NCBI GenBank assembly: GCA_046563655.1
Contig: CM102290.1
Location: 2,542,001 to 2,606,000 of the forward strand
Reading direction: 5' to 3'
Source of the DNA: Yuukianura sp. NJ FZ-2021
Lineage: Eukaryota
Length of the DNA stretch: 64,000 nucleotides
The notes beneath the pieces were generated by a model. That model searched no databases. It saw only the letters and a program-made list of their open reading frames with translations, and was not told the origin of the DNA. Both the position numbers and the translations under genes were made by a program. Below, in pieces: positions 1 to 12,955 of this stretch. Within the stretch, counting starts at the first letter, position 1. Every line of letters starts with the position of its first letter.

Positions 1-3000
1 AGTTTATTGTTAACTAATTGCGCTGGATGAGCATGGTGAAAGGATGTTTTCATGTGGTCATAAAAATGGATGTTCAGTGACGATGAATTCAGTTCTTTCG
101 GTTCAATGAGAAGGAAGATGGTGATGGAGAAAGTGATATAGGAGCACCCACCCTCTTCCCCTCTCCTGTTCAAAATGTTCAAACGTTGGAAATGTTCAAA
201 CTGTTCAAATTGAATGTTCGCCACTTCTGGAAGGAGTCGAGGGTGTTTGGAACAGTGGTGAATTTCCTATTTCACAGTGGGTGGACAGAGGGCAAGTGAA
301 CTGAAAGGAAGAAACCTCCAATTTCCATTTACTCACACGCTCAACTGTGACTCAAAAAGAACTTTCACTTGGAAATTGAAATGGACGAGAGCATCTAGTC
401 CTCTTCCGTCCATCATCCGTCCAAGGACCAAATAGTAATGGACACAAGATCCCCAATGTCACTGCAGTAGTGGAATGACTAAGGCGATAGACGGCTTTGG
501 GCACCACAGCAGCTTTCGGTAAAAATTAAAACTAACTTCGAAATTATTTTTTAGAAAAAACTTTTTTTTATAAGATTTTTCTAAAAATTTGACACTAAGT
601 CGTAGCAGTGTCGGAGTGAGTAAAATGCCCAGGACGGTAGTACAAAATGCCCGTGTAGTTGGCTAACCCTGGTAAAGACGGGCATTCCAAAGAATCAGTT
701 TGCTGGAATTGATGACACTTTTACAAATGTAATTTGTCTTTGAGGGTCCACTGACTCCATTTGCCCAAACTCCTCAAGAGTAAGCTGTTTTAGAACATTG
801 TTTAAAATTGACCAATTTGAACAACGGGAAACCACCTGACATTTACTCTTAAAACACTTCTGGAACGCATCTTTTGCACTCTGTGCGCTGTAACGTAAAT
901 CAATGCTGCTCAATCAACATTTTCCAACACTGAACCTCGTAAAATTAAATCTAAACTACTACTAGTAAACTTGAAATTTCGATTTAAAAAAACCTGCAGT
1001 TCCTTATTGAATTTTGGTCTTTAGTGGCAAGAGAACAAATTTTGAAAAAAAAAAGAGAAAGTTTATGAAAGCTTTTCTCCAGATGTGACGTAAAACCGGA
1101 AGGTTTATTCGTTTTCTCGCTTTCTGTTTAACCGCATTGACTTTCTCTTTTCATTTAGAACTCGAAACTTTTGGAAATTTCAAAAAGTTTACCAAAAATT
1201 TGAGAAATTTAGTGCAATTAATTCCTTTCTCACGCCTCTCACACTCACAACCCTTTCATTCCCTTCGTACATAATTGAGCAAAAGTGTCAATTTCTGAGT
1301 AGCTAATTTGTAAAAACGAATCCTTTTGTAAATAGTCGCGGCTTTATTGAAAAGTTAACTGAAATTTCATGTCAACCAGCACACGCACATAGGATTTGAC
1401 ACTAATTGAAATGTCTTCTAAAATCTAATTCACTAATCGATTCCTTTCTTAGTGTGTGAGTGTAACGATTTTAAAAAAGAGTCTGACTACATAAATAAGG
1501 TACAAAAAGCTTCAGATTTAGAAAATGTTTTATTTTGGACGCTGCATTAAAAACGGAACTCTTGCGTTGAAATTTCCAACAAAAGTTTAAAATTGTCAAA
1601 AAAGAGAAAGAAGATGCAGTGTTAAATATTTAAGGCAGTGAAAGAAAAGTGCAGGAAAGTTCTTTGAAGGAGGAACTTCCTTTCCATTTATTTTGGAAAA
1701 GTAGGAGTAGTGGAACTTTGTGTTTTTGTTTTGTTGGATTCTGAATGACAATGACTGATCCATGACTGCTAATTTCTGTCTATTTCTTCGAGCTAAGGGA
1801 CTCCAGGAAAAGTGTCACTGTCAACATGTCGCCTGGGCATTCTGCACTACAAACCCCCATCACTCCACTTAGCATCTTCCTCCCTTCAAACACTTCTGCC
1901 ATTCAAGGACTCCGTTGCCACTAGGTTAGGTTGGGGAACAACCTTCAGTTGACACCGGAGAAAGCACAGTCGAAGTGACAAGCGAAGTGACAGACGAGTC
2001 TTGGCCTTGCCTCCTTCAAACATTAGTTGAAATGTCTCAAATACTATTGTTTCCAAACAGTTTTCTTAGTCCACAGACTTAAATAATCACTGGAACTATT
2101 TGCTTAAGATCCCACTAAAACAAACAAAAATTAGACAAACAAAAAGGGATTTAAAATTTCAAAGTCTCTTAAAAATGACATTTTTGAAAATTTCACAAAG
2201 TAAAAATATCTTTTTTTATTTTTTTTATTTTGAATTTTGAAGTCATCATTCCATTTCCGTTTCCACTTTTGAGTTTCAAGCAAACGCCAATGAAATTTTG
2301 AAACAATTTTAGACAGTTTTGTCTTGATTTCTCAGCAAACAGATCATCATAAAAATAAAGAAAATCGAAATGGACGATTTTTTTTTGTTTACTTTGTCGT
2401 AATTTTTTTAAAGATTGAAACAAATGTAAAGTTTAGGAGAATTATTGCTAAAGAGGCCAAATTTTTCTTTTCTAATTCTCGTACCTCAAGGGGTGAAAGT
2501 AAAAAGACTTTTTTTTTAAAACTTTTTTTCGTAAGAGAAAGTTGAAAAAACTTTTCAAGTCCTCCAGACTTAATTAATCCAAAGTGTGAGAAATATGGAA
2601 AAGTTAAGCCATCTTGCTTTCTCCGAAATCTTGTTTTTTTTTTTAAGAAACCAAGTTTCACTTGAAAGTAAATCTAGAAAAAAAAATTAAGAAAGCTTTT
2701 TTTTTTCTTTTTTGCTCCTCGTCAATATTACACAGTTTTTTTCTTGTATTACTCAAAATAGTCAAATTCAACTCACGTTTTGAACTCATTTCTTGTAACT
2801 TGAGAATGTCAGAGATGAGAACAAAACTTAAAAAAATATGCAAAAGTTGGAAGTCTTCTTATTTAGGGGAATAACTTGCGAACGGGAATCTCAGATGAAG
2901 ATGCTGCCCCCTTCGCTGCTTCTTCATTCCCATTTTCACCACGTCCACCACTTTCTCCGCTTTTTAAATTTATTCCATCACGAAAAAAAAAACAACAACA

Positions 3001-3330
3001 AATTACGAAAAGAAGACATATAACTCTTGATTAGGATGCTGGCAGCACGCATTGCATTGCGCGTATTTTTTTTAAAAAAAGTAGCTTAGAAAAATGTAAG
3101 CTAAATTAGCGAAACTATAAGAAAAATAAGTACGGCTATCGCGCTCGAGAGATTTCTCAACTTTTGCTTCCAGATTTTTTAAACTTTCGAAATTAAAAAA
3201 AAAATCTATTTACAAAAGTTGTAGTTGAAGATGAAAAAATTGCAATTCCAGGAGCAAGCTAACCTTTAACATCCTCGGTAGCAGAAAATTCGGTTCAATC
3301 TGTTCAGATATCATTATTGAATTAGAAAAT

Positions 3331-3372
3331 TTTTGGGAGTTAAATTGCGAACTCGCAATTTAACTCCCAAAA
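3331..3372. repeat. Perfect inverted repeat (20-bp arms, 2-nt spacer)
   Basis: ttttgggagttaaattgcga-ac-tcgcaatttaactcccaaaa. Confidence 0.9.
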
Positions 3373-4364
3373 TTTCACTCGTGAAACCCAAGAAACAATC
3401 AAATCCTCTTTCTAATTTCTTCTATTCCATATGGTGTTCTTATGTCTTCGTTCAAGCAAAGTTCGGTTTAGATCCCCCAAGTATACTTCCCTAAAAGCCA
3501 AAAACCAAGAAATTTATGAGAGATTTTAGAAAGTGAGGAGAAAGTAATTTGGAGTGATTAGAAAGGGCAAAAGTTTTTGAATTCCTTTTGTTGTGGGGAA
3601 GCCTTACGGTGGTAAGTTGGTGGTGATACGCAGGATGGTAAATGTTGGTAACCAGCTCTACTTTCTTCTGGTTCCTTTTGAGTGTGAAAACTATCCCTTA
3701 GACTTTCATGTTACCCGGAAGATGATATACTGGCGGCCTCTTCCTGCCTTTCTCCAGAAATGGGCTTACCTCATTATTCAAATGAACCATTTCTTCCCAT
3801 TTTCTTTATAAAATCTTATTTGAATTAAAGACGAATTTGAGCTCTCCCGCTGTCACTTCTCGACGCTGACAAATGAGACGTCATTATTTGACTGCTTCCA
3901 GGGAAATTCCAAGGAATGCCTCCCCCTTCTCCACAATGCTTCATGAGAAATAACTAAATTATAAGCTCATTTCCCTTTTTATTGAGCATTCGGCGTCTTC
4001 TTAAGGTTAAGCACTTTCTCCACCGTCCACCACTTTATTAGTTTACAGCGGAAAACGCACCTCGAATTTGGAGAAAACAAGCACTGCTTGTCAAGCAGGG
4101 CAAGTAGATGTTGCGGAAGATTCTAAAAAATGAGAAGAAATAATTATCCATGATTGTTGTACTTGAATTTAGAAAATTGATCACAACATTATTTTAGCAT
4201 CAACTCAACCGGTTTACTCTGATTGTCCATAGGAGAATTAATCTGTAAAGGCACGTACAAGGTGCTAGATACCTTTGGTAAATAAATATATTTTATGAGA
4301 CCAGGTAGACTATGGACTAATAATGAATCAGACTTGAGTTTGAACGTGAGTGTCTCTTGCGACT

Positions 4365-6471
4365 TCAATCATCCGGCTCGACAATGGATTCAGGCGGTGG
4401 ACCGGTGACTATGGCGGCAATATCGGGATCAACATCTCGATTCCGCTCCAAGGTCATCAAATTGGCATAAGCCCCAATTGCTTTGCATAACTCCTCGGGC
4501 AAGGTCGACGGGCCTTCCTGGAATATTAGAAAGAAATCACTATTGCACATTAGAAAGTAAAACAAAACGTTGAATTTTCAAGAAAGATGTGATGAGAATC
4601 AGGAATGTGTGGGTAGGGTTATGTTCCGTAGAACCGCAGATACAGTAGTAAATGGTCTTTAAAGTTATAATTCTAATGAACAGCAGATGACTTACAACAA
4701 TCTCTGCAGCTTCAATGTGCGTAGCAGCTTGCATGTGATGCATCACCTTCTGGCAGCACATGTCATAGCACCTCATCGTATCAGTCATTAGCTCTTCCCG
4801 CAAAGGGCTCAAGTACTTTACAGAAAGCGCCATGTACTTGAGTACTTGAGGATGTGGGAGCGGACGATGAGCAAAATGTGTAACCCGAGTCCAGTCTTGC
4901 GATTCATACTTGAAAAGCAGAATGATCTCCCTTTCCAGTGCTACACGGCCCAAATACCGCGTAATTGCCAGAGACAATTTGTTGAGAATCAATTCAGAAT
5001 ACGGAGGAGGTACGGCTTTAGGATATTTCTTTGCAAATCTTCGTCGCTCCATGTATTTACTTCGAGTGTCCATGAAGAAAATGGCCAACTGGAACAGTTC
5101 ATAGATCAATATAACATAGATCATAGATAACAATCAACAATGTATCATGTAAAGTGAGTAATGTTGATTTTTTACCTGACAATCATAAACGTTCTTCAAT
5201 TCGATACCAGATAGTACCTTATGATACAAAAAGTCAGACTCATAACGAATGTCGTAGACAATCTTGAGAATTTTCTTGTTCTCAAATAATTTTTCCTTTA
5301 ATTCTTCCCAAACTTCCTTGCAGTTGAGCTCTCCTTTCATGTCAATTGGAATCAAAGCCTTCCGTATGCATAGAACTATCCAAAACAAGTCCATGAATCG
5401 ACCTTTATTGTACCCGAAGAGCTTAAATGCCACTTCATGTACTCCATCCTTCGTTAGTAAATCCACCTAAATAATAATGTCAAAAAAAAAACAACATTAG
5501 AAATCCAGATTCGAATGCAGGGCACTTGAATTGTAACAAAAGTTTCGGATTGTTACCAGATTTTGAAACTGAGGATGTGTTTGGACGACATAAGTCTTCA
5601 TTTCAATCTCCGTCACTTTTTCCCTCCTGGGTTTCCCGTACTCCAAAACATACACTAATATACACAACTAGAATTAAAAATACTGGGAAATGGATCCAGC
5701 CCAACAATATGACGGTCTTTTTACCCTTGTCCACTAGGTCAAAATCGAATTCCATGACGCCACTAAACTGTTCCGTGATTGGGTAAAAGTCAGTCGCTTG
5801 GACTTTGACGGCTTTCATCAACTTTAGTCTACTTTTACAAGACATGTCGTTTCGTGGATTGATGTATACCGTTGCTTCATATATATGCCCATTTTTAAGT
5901 TCAACCCGAACGATGCTTCCGCCGGGTATGTCATAGTCGAACTGCATTTGTCCAAGTTGTGGCTTGGGAATAAGGAATGGATTCCGTCTTGAAGCATTCT
6001 CAATAAGAATTTTTGGCGCTAGAACAAAAGAGAGAATTAATCCCAATGCAGATTTATCGCAAGATATGTTCAAGAAAGATGATACGTCAATTAACTCATG
6101 GTAAAAGCTTGCAAACATGTCTGAATGCTTTACGTTTTTTGGTTTTAGTTTCAAGGACAAGGAAGGTTATTCTGAATAATTACCTTGGTCAATACACTTT
6201 GGTAAGTAAGTCGGGATTTCCGTTACGTATTTATAAGGCTCCAAGTCGTTAAACATTGGCAGATCGTCCTCTCCTGCTTTGCCAGTAGTGTCCCTCGATT
6301 TGTTACCTGTTACAGGTCAATACAACGTTAAACAAATGTATTACATCAACAATGTTCAAATCTACTTAAATTCAGGCAATTCAGACCACAAAACCGTTTA
6401 AATAGATCGACTTATTTAAATGTACTAATTATTCAACTTATTCAACATAAATGCTACATACCACTCGCCAT
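4365..6471 (-). CDS. EXD1: EXD1-like piRNA biogenesis protein (Lsm-like N-terminal domain + degenerate DEDDy 3'-5' exonuclease domain), 7 coding exons
   Basis: Spliced model, approx. exons 6462-6471, 6184-6306, ~5725-6018, ~5558-5656, 5176-5466, 4747-5088, 4365-4517, with GT-AG ends. 'GSIVRVELKNGHIYEATV' resembles an Sm/Lsm fold. 'LKEKLFENKKILKIVYDIRYESDFLYH...IELKNVYDCQ' and 'RPLPHPQVLKYMALSVKYLSPLREEL' match the EXD1/Egalitarian-type exonuclease domain as I recall it. Confidence 0.75.
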
Positions 6472-6922
6472 ATTAGTTTTTCCAGCGTCGACACGAACTA
6501 GTACTACTATCACTATGTGATATTCACATCGAAGCCAACAGCAATTCACCGGCGAGTCAATTAATAATCACTCCAGGTCGAATATCATAGCCATGAGATG
6601 ACCATGACTTTAAAAACCGGTTGAGTAGCTTCTCAGAAGGATTTTAACCGAACTTCTAGGAATTCCGATGTCAACAAATATAAACAAACCTTGTCATGCC
6701 CATACGTAAACATTGGGGCATTACGTAATACTAGGATCCCACAGTGCAACCCTTAAGTCGACAAACTGGGTGTGACTCAAAAACCATCGTTATCATCTGT
6801 TTCGAATTCTAACTTCGTCCGTACCATTTTCAGCTGTTCAATAGTACTTGCTAGTCTGTTCTTCCGGGTCCTTCCATTTGACATTTGACCTCAATTACAC
6901 AAGTACATTAACTAGCTGCAAC

Positions 6923-7506
6923 ATGGCGTCACAGACTCAGGGAATCCAACAACTCCTCGCAGCCGAAAAGAAAGCAGCAGAAAAAGTTTCCGATGCCAGA
7001 AAACGTAAGTTTATTACGGAAAGTCACGCCTATTATTTGGAATGAGACAATATTTGTTGAAGCATAATTTACGCTGTTCCAATTCTTTAGGAAAGGCAAA
7101 ACGATTGAAGGAGGCGAAGGAAGAGGCGCAACGGGAAATTGAAAAGTGCAGACAGGAACAAGAAAAGGAATTTAGAACAGAGGAAGCCAGGGTAAATTTG
7201 CTCAGCGTTACATTTTCGGAATTTTGTATTCAGTTCTTCTGTATTTGTTGCTTTTTTTAATTTTCAGAAAATGGGGTCACGAGATGATGCTGCCACAAGG
7301 ATTGATGCCGAGACAAATCTTGAAATTGAAAACATGAAGAAACAAGTTGCTAACAATAAGGAGAAGGTACGATTGGTTTTGTAAACCTTTGGACTTTTCA
7401 AGAGTTTTAATTGCTCATTGTCTGCATTTAGGTAATCTCTCGACTCTTGGATCTGGTATGTGAAATTGAGCCCCAATTACACCGCAACTTTCGTCCAACT
7501 TCTTAA
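6923..7506 (+). CDS. Vha13: V-type proton ATPase subunit G
   Basis: Exons 6923-7004, 7091-7191, 7268-7366, 7432-7506 give [55 protein letters not shown]...[24 protein letters not shown], the canonical ATP6V1G sequence. Confidence 0.97.
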
Positions 7507-8176
7507 TCAAGTCGGAGTCATTGAAGCTGGATTCGATAAAACCCTGAAACATTCCGCACTATAAGTAGTCATTAGCAAGGCCTCAATTCCTTCGCTTGTA
7601 ACTTAATGCATTTAGTTGATAAATACAAATGAGCATATAGAGAGCAATAATGGAACACTGGACAAAAGAGTTGAAGATTATTTTAATTGTAGCGCTTCAT
7701 CTCGTCTGTTTTGGTAACTACGAATCGTAAATCTACGTGTACAATCTTAGATGAACATCATGCGCAGACATCACAGCAGCAGAGATCTGGATCAAAACTA
7801 GTACTTACTACTTGTTTCATTTGCGACGCTTAAGTTAGTACAGTAGTATTTAGCTACCTACATTTGCGAAAATCAATTAATTAGCCTTTTCTTGTGATTT
7901 TAAAATTGGACCATTTTAGAGTGTGCATCCCACCGTCAATTCAAAATTAAAATGGGGAACGGAAAATCCTCGTAGCCTTAACATAGATACAATATTCCTC
8001 GTTAGATACAATATTCCACTTAAAACGTTTAAAATCACAAAGACAATAAGGGCATCGGTTAAACATGACAAGGTTTTAGCACACGAGTTCCAGGTTTATG
8101 GAATACTTTATCTGAATCATATAATACTTTGCTGGATCTGGAATTGTACAACGTCCATTGCTATTGTTGGTAAGTA

Positions 8177-9872
8177 CTACCTTTGAGGTACAGGTTGCTC
8201 CATTGTTGGATCTGGAGAGGTATCGTCAATTGGGTTACGGCTATTTATTCCGTAACGCTTGTCCAGAAATTGGCGCAGTTTCGTTGGAAAATCAGTCATG
8301 ACACCATCGGCTCCACGTTCGAAACACTGTTCGTACTCGTCCACTATAAAATACATAAAAATCAATAGTAATTTTATCGGCGACCGGGAAACATTTTAAA
8401 TAGATTTTGAATACTTAAATCATACCTTCATTTGCGACCCAAAAATAAATCTGTAAGTCAAAAAGTAACAATTTAGTATTATTTTTCCACATTATTTGAT
8501 ATTTTCATGCATAATATTTACCCTATAAATTGTACGCACTTACTTGAATTCCGCGTCTCTTTAGATGATTAATTACGGGTTTCCAAATTAAAAAAGTATC
8601 GCAGAACCAAAAGAGAAACTTTTCCTGGAAAGACAATGCGTCTACTTCGGCTAGTCTCCGTCTGGCAAACATCCTTAATCTTATTAATTAAAAATTTCCG
8701 CGCATGCACTGTAGAAAAACAAAAGAAAGAAACGCTCACCTCTTAATCGACAAAGGAAGAAACACTTCGTAATGCGTCTCCCGAATTGGAACAAACGGGA
8801 GTATTCCAGTTATAGCCAGTAGCAATAGAAGCACTACTCGGCGCCCGGAGAAAAACAATCCGACGGTTGGATCCTAGATAGAGTTATTCCAACTTAATTT
8901 CAAAAGGGAGTATATTAAAATAAGAATTAGTTAATTTCGAAAATGCCCATACTGCCTGATATAACCGCGTGCAGGCATTATGACTAAAACTTCCCCACAC
9001 CGTTAAGTCCTGACGACCGTAGGCTTGAATGAGATCCGCGACTTTCTGAATAAGCTCTGGCGAATTATTGTCCTTCACGTCAATGTTAATTGGAAGCGAT
9101 GGAAAAGCTGAAAGTTAACAGAGCATTCACTTATAACCTTTAGCTTGCATATAACTTTGTCTAACTAAACTGACAGTGTATGTTTATCTAGAATTTATAT
9201 TAGTTTCTCAATACCGTCAAAAACGTCACTTAGAAGAGGAATACATCGCTCGTCGTCAGAAACCGTTGAATCCGAATAGTGAGTACCTAGAACAGTCAGA
9301 AATTATATTTTCCTTCTAATATGAGGTAAACTAGAATGTCAACGCTAATAAATCCTATCAGAAGGCAGCAACATTTACCCGGAATCGTGTCAATGGGAAC
9401 TGCTACACTTAGTTTCGGAAGTTCAGCGTAAGCAAAATCAGAGATCGCAGAGTCTATACCCGTGAGCCGAAGCAAATCCTTGTCGTGAAAAACAACTACC
9501 TTTCCATCACTTGTCAGTCGAACGTCCAATTCCAGCATCTCAGTTCCAGAAGACACTGCTCTAAAAAATAAATATTCAGATCAATTTCAGTATAACCTTA
9601 AACATCTTAATAAATTTAAAGTATTTCAGGCAAAACTAACCTTTTAAAGTTATTTAGAGTATTCTCATAGCCTTCCGCAGAGCCTAAAATGATCAAAAAT
9701 CGAAAGTTAGTCTGAGATCCATCGGTAAACATTAAATTTAGTTACCTCCTCGGTGACTGATGTGTCTGGCATAGAACTTAGCTCTCTTTTGTTTATGTAT
9801 CAATTGAGGGAAGTGCCAAAAAAAGGCCGAAGCGGAAATATACGTCAAGAAACCAAGAGTTGCTAATCCCAT
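8177..9872 (-). CDS. GDPD1: Glycerophosphodiester phosphodiesterase / lysophospholipase D (GDPD1/GDPD3 family)
   Basis: N-terminal hydrophobic segment, then motifs ISHRGGSAEGYENTL, EMLELDVRLTSDGKVVVFHD, PINIDVK, TVWGSF, LLLAITGILPFVPI and GADGVMTDFPTKLRQFL across ~9 exons with canonical splice sites. Confidence 0.92.
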
Positions 9873-10578
9873 TGTTACTGGAATTATTGGGAATGAATTT
9901 CCTGGAGTGGCCACCTTTATCGATTCCTGTTTCCTGATTGAAACTAAAGAACCTAGTGACCTAATTCACAATGAGTCGCAGCTATTCTCTGTAATGTTAT
10001 CATTTTTCACGTGTCAAAAAAATTGTGGCCCAAATCAGCAGAGAATCTCTGGAATTTCATTTTCGAATTTCGCTGCACGGCTTCAGAGTGAAAGCAACAG
10101 GCTATAAACACGGAATTCGGGTTTCGGCTGGAACAAGTCTCCGCTCGGTAAGGAAGGCAAGTGCGTGACCTTGTATTTAAAAAAAAAGTTGCTCCAAAAA
10201 TCTATTTGTACAAACTGAAAAGCCAGGTCAACAGTTTGTCTCCAGAGATGCGCACGAAATTTGGAATCGACAAAGCCGAACTGCTGTTCATTTTTAACCT
10301 GATGTCAAAATCTTGAAATTCCAATTTAAAATTAACAATGATTTTATTAAATTGGTAACTTTCGATCATTGGCATTGACTGTACCAAGTTATAACGAAAT
10401 ACTTGTAGTTATTGGGTTCTAAAGTGGAAGAAATCGTTCAACACGACTGTGAGGACGCACTGGAAATGTAAATAACAATACGTATTTAGATGATATTCTG
10501 AATAATCTAGAATACGCCAATGAACATGAATATTTAAGCTGAATTTTTAGCTGGGTTTATGTGTTTTATGTGTAGTAT

Positions 10579-12955
10579 TTAGGTGGTAATTTCATCGTCG
10601 GGCTCCGCGTCTCTAACGAGCGACTGTTGCACGTAATCGGCAATGACGCTTTCACCGGTAGCCATTCCACACAGTTCCTAGCCAAAACATAAATAAAATA
10701 TAATCTTTCTGAAAAATTTACAATCTATACCATAATACACAATTAAGAATGTAGCTATTAACGTACCCTCCATTGTTTCGCCGAAAATGATAAAATGAAC
10801 TGCGACCGCTCTGCTGGTCGCTTCTTCTTCTTCTTTTTCTTTTTCTTCTTCTCGGCTTTTTCTGTTTGAACATCTTCGACATTTTCGGTTTGAACATCTT
10901 CAATCATGTCTATTGGCGGTCGTATCTCTGGCTTGATTGAAATGGTGTAATCGTGTTGCAGTTCATTTGCTAATTCAAAAAGAAGAAATTTATACTGCGT
11001 GGTTCAAAATTGTTTCAAAACAAGTTAAGTTACCCTTGCGAAACAAGCAAACTTCTCCATCGCGAACCAAAAAGGCAACATAAAATAGAGCCTCAATTGT
11101 CTTCGCAAACGAACTTTTATCCAAAACAAATTCAAAAATGTTGATTGATCCTTTAGAATTTTTGGCACACACGGCTTTGAGCATTTCCAAAATTCCTTCG
11201 GAAACTGAATCATGATCCGTCGTTTGCGTCGTTACTCCGTCAGAGGAAGTTGATTGTCTGTGTTGCGGGAGTAGAGCTACCGCATTGTCATCAAATTGTC
11301 GTCTTCGGGCTGGAAGGCGCTGCTGTTTTGCCTGCTCGTTGAGTAGCGGAGTATCGGACTTCCTTTCCAAGACTCCGACTAAGACGCTCATTGGATTTAA
11401 AGTGACACAGCAGCCGGAAGAACTGGACGACAAGCATTTAACGGCGAAACGAGGAGTGTATTCAGAGCCCGGCGGTTTGCATTTATCCATCTTGAAAATA
11501 TTTGGTATGTCAACAGGTTAATAAAATTTTGATAATTAGTGCCTCATTTTTAGACACTTTTTTTGTAAGTTAAGTACCACACTCTCCAAATAAGTTTCGA
11601 GTTTGAAAGTACTTGAACTGCTGCCAATATTCATCGTTTTGCTTCTCAACATCGATGAGCACATTTGAGTGTGCAAAAAAGCAAGATGCATGTCACCGGG
11701 TCCACCTAGTGGGAAAATTGTCCAACAGTATTACTGGGCCTCTTTACTGTGACAAAAAAAGAAGAAGCTTTTTTTTCAAATGATAGATGCGTTTACCGCT
11801 CATTTCTTCGAAGAGTTCCTTTCCTTTTCCAATGTTCTGGGTCAACAACCTCTCCATACTTCGGTCAAATCCATGAGTCTCCTCTAAAGCTGAAAAGACA
11901 GAAACCAAAGAATAAAATTTAAACGTTTCAAAAAGTGAAGTGTTCATACCCTGGCAACTTTCAATCAGAGAGTTGAACTCCTTTCTGATTTCCTTGTTCC
12001 TTCCATGTTCAGTTTGAGCTGCGCCGGAGTTTCCAATGCTCAAACTATTTAAATTCAATTCCTGATCTGGCGAAGAAGACGCAACCATTGATGGATTTGG
12101 AACTGCTTCAAACAGCGTTGTAGCCCGTGACGGCCCTGGAATTGCATCCAGCGAAGGCGCAGCAGACCTTGATGGACCTGGAACTGAATTCAACCAAGAC
12201 GACACAGCCCTTGACGGTCCTGGAACTGCATCCAATGATGACGTTGTATCCCTTGATCGACCAGGAATTGCATCCAATGAAGATGGTAGAACCCTAGGCG
12301 GACCAGAAACGGCGTCCCTTGATGGACCTGGAACTGGATCCCAGAAAGACAGCAAAGCCTTGGACAGAGGTGGAACTGCATTTGACGTTGACGGTGCACC
12401 ACTTGACGGACCTGGAACTGCGCCCAATGAAAATGTCGCCGTTGACGGACCTGGAACTGCTTCCGATAAAGAAAATGTCGCCGTTGACGGGCCTGGAACT
12501 GCGTCCGATGAAAACAATGTCGGAGCTGGAACTGGATCCCAGAAAGACAGCAAAGCATCGGACAGAGGTGCAACTGCATTTGATGAAGACGTTGCACCCC
12601 TTGACGTACCGGCGACTGCTGGCTCAACGGAAGAAGTCAATAGCGGAGGCAGTATGAATTCTGTCGATGTACTTAGAAGCGTGGGGTCAACTGCCTCCAC
12701 ATCATCGAGGCAACTGAACAGATCGTCTTCACACACTGGAATCTCTTCTTCGACAGCATCTCCGAGAAAGAAAAGCTGGAGCTCCCTTAAATTCAATGAA
12801 GATTCTTCATCGAAATAGTCGCCAAGTGTCATGTCCAGTGTATCCATGTCTTCCATGTCCAACCCCAATGGCGCAGAAGCTGCAGACGACGATGGAGCGG
12901 AGTCTGCTGGGGTCCGAGGATTCGGCAACTCATTGTTCTGGCCACGCCCATCCAT
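10579..12955 (-). CDS. NSMCE4A: Non-SMC element 4 (Nse4/EID3-like kleisin of SMC5/6) with long low-complexity N-terminal extension
   Basis: C-terminal motif INIFEFVLDKSSFAKTIEALFYVAFLVRDG and QFILSFSAKQWRELC match the Nse4_C domain. 'NKEIRKEFNSLIESCQ' resembles the N-terminal kleisin helix. About 6 exons, stop TAA at 10579-10581. Confidence 0.75.
12090..12610 (-). repeat. Coding tandem repeat, ~36-39 nt (12-13 aa) unit containing (A/V)VPGPS, plus a duplicated segment ALLSFWDPVP
   Basis: About 10 copies of D/E-A-V/I-PGPS in ORF 11744..12955. 'ggaactggatcccagaaagacagcaaagc' occurs at ~12330 and ~12527. Confidence 0.9.

Noticed and set aside
695..3811. Short ORFs at the window start and splice-like sites near 3264-3299 and ~3769
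   Set aside because: No recognisable domains and the composition is AT-rich/intronic. May be 5' exons of a minus-strand gene outside the window, but this is unsupported here.
8950..8960. Possible GC-AG donor in GDPD1 (CAG|gcagta)
   Set aside because: A canonical in-frame GCA|gtatgg donor 3 nt away explains the junction.
12190..12818. Overlapping alternative-frame and antisense ORFs of 112-152 aa
   Set aside because: Expected by-product of the in-frame coding tandem repeat in the Nse4-like exon.
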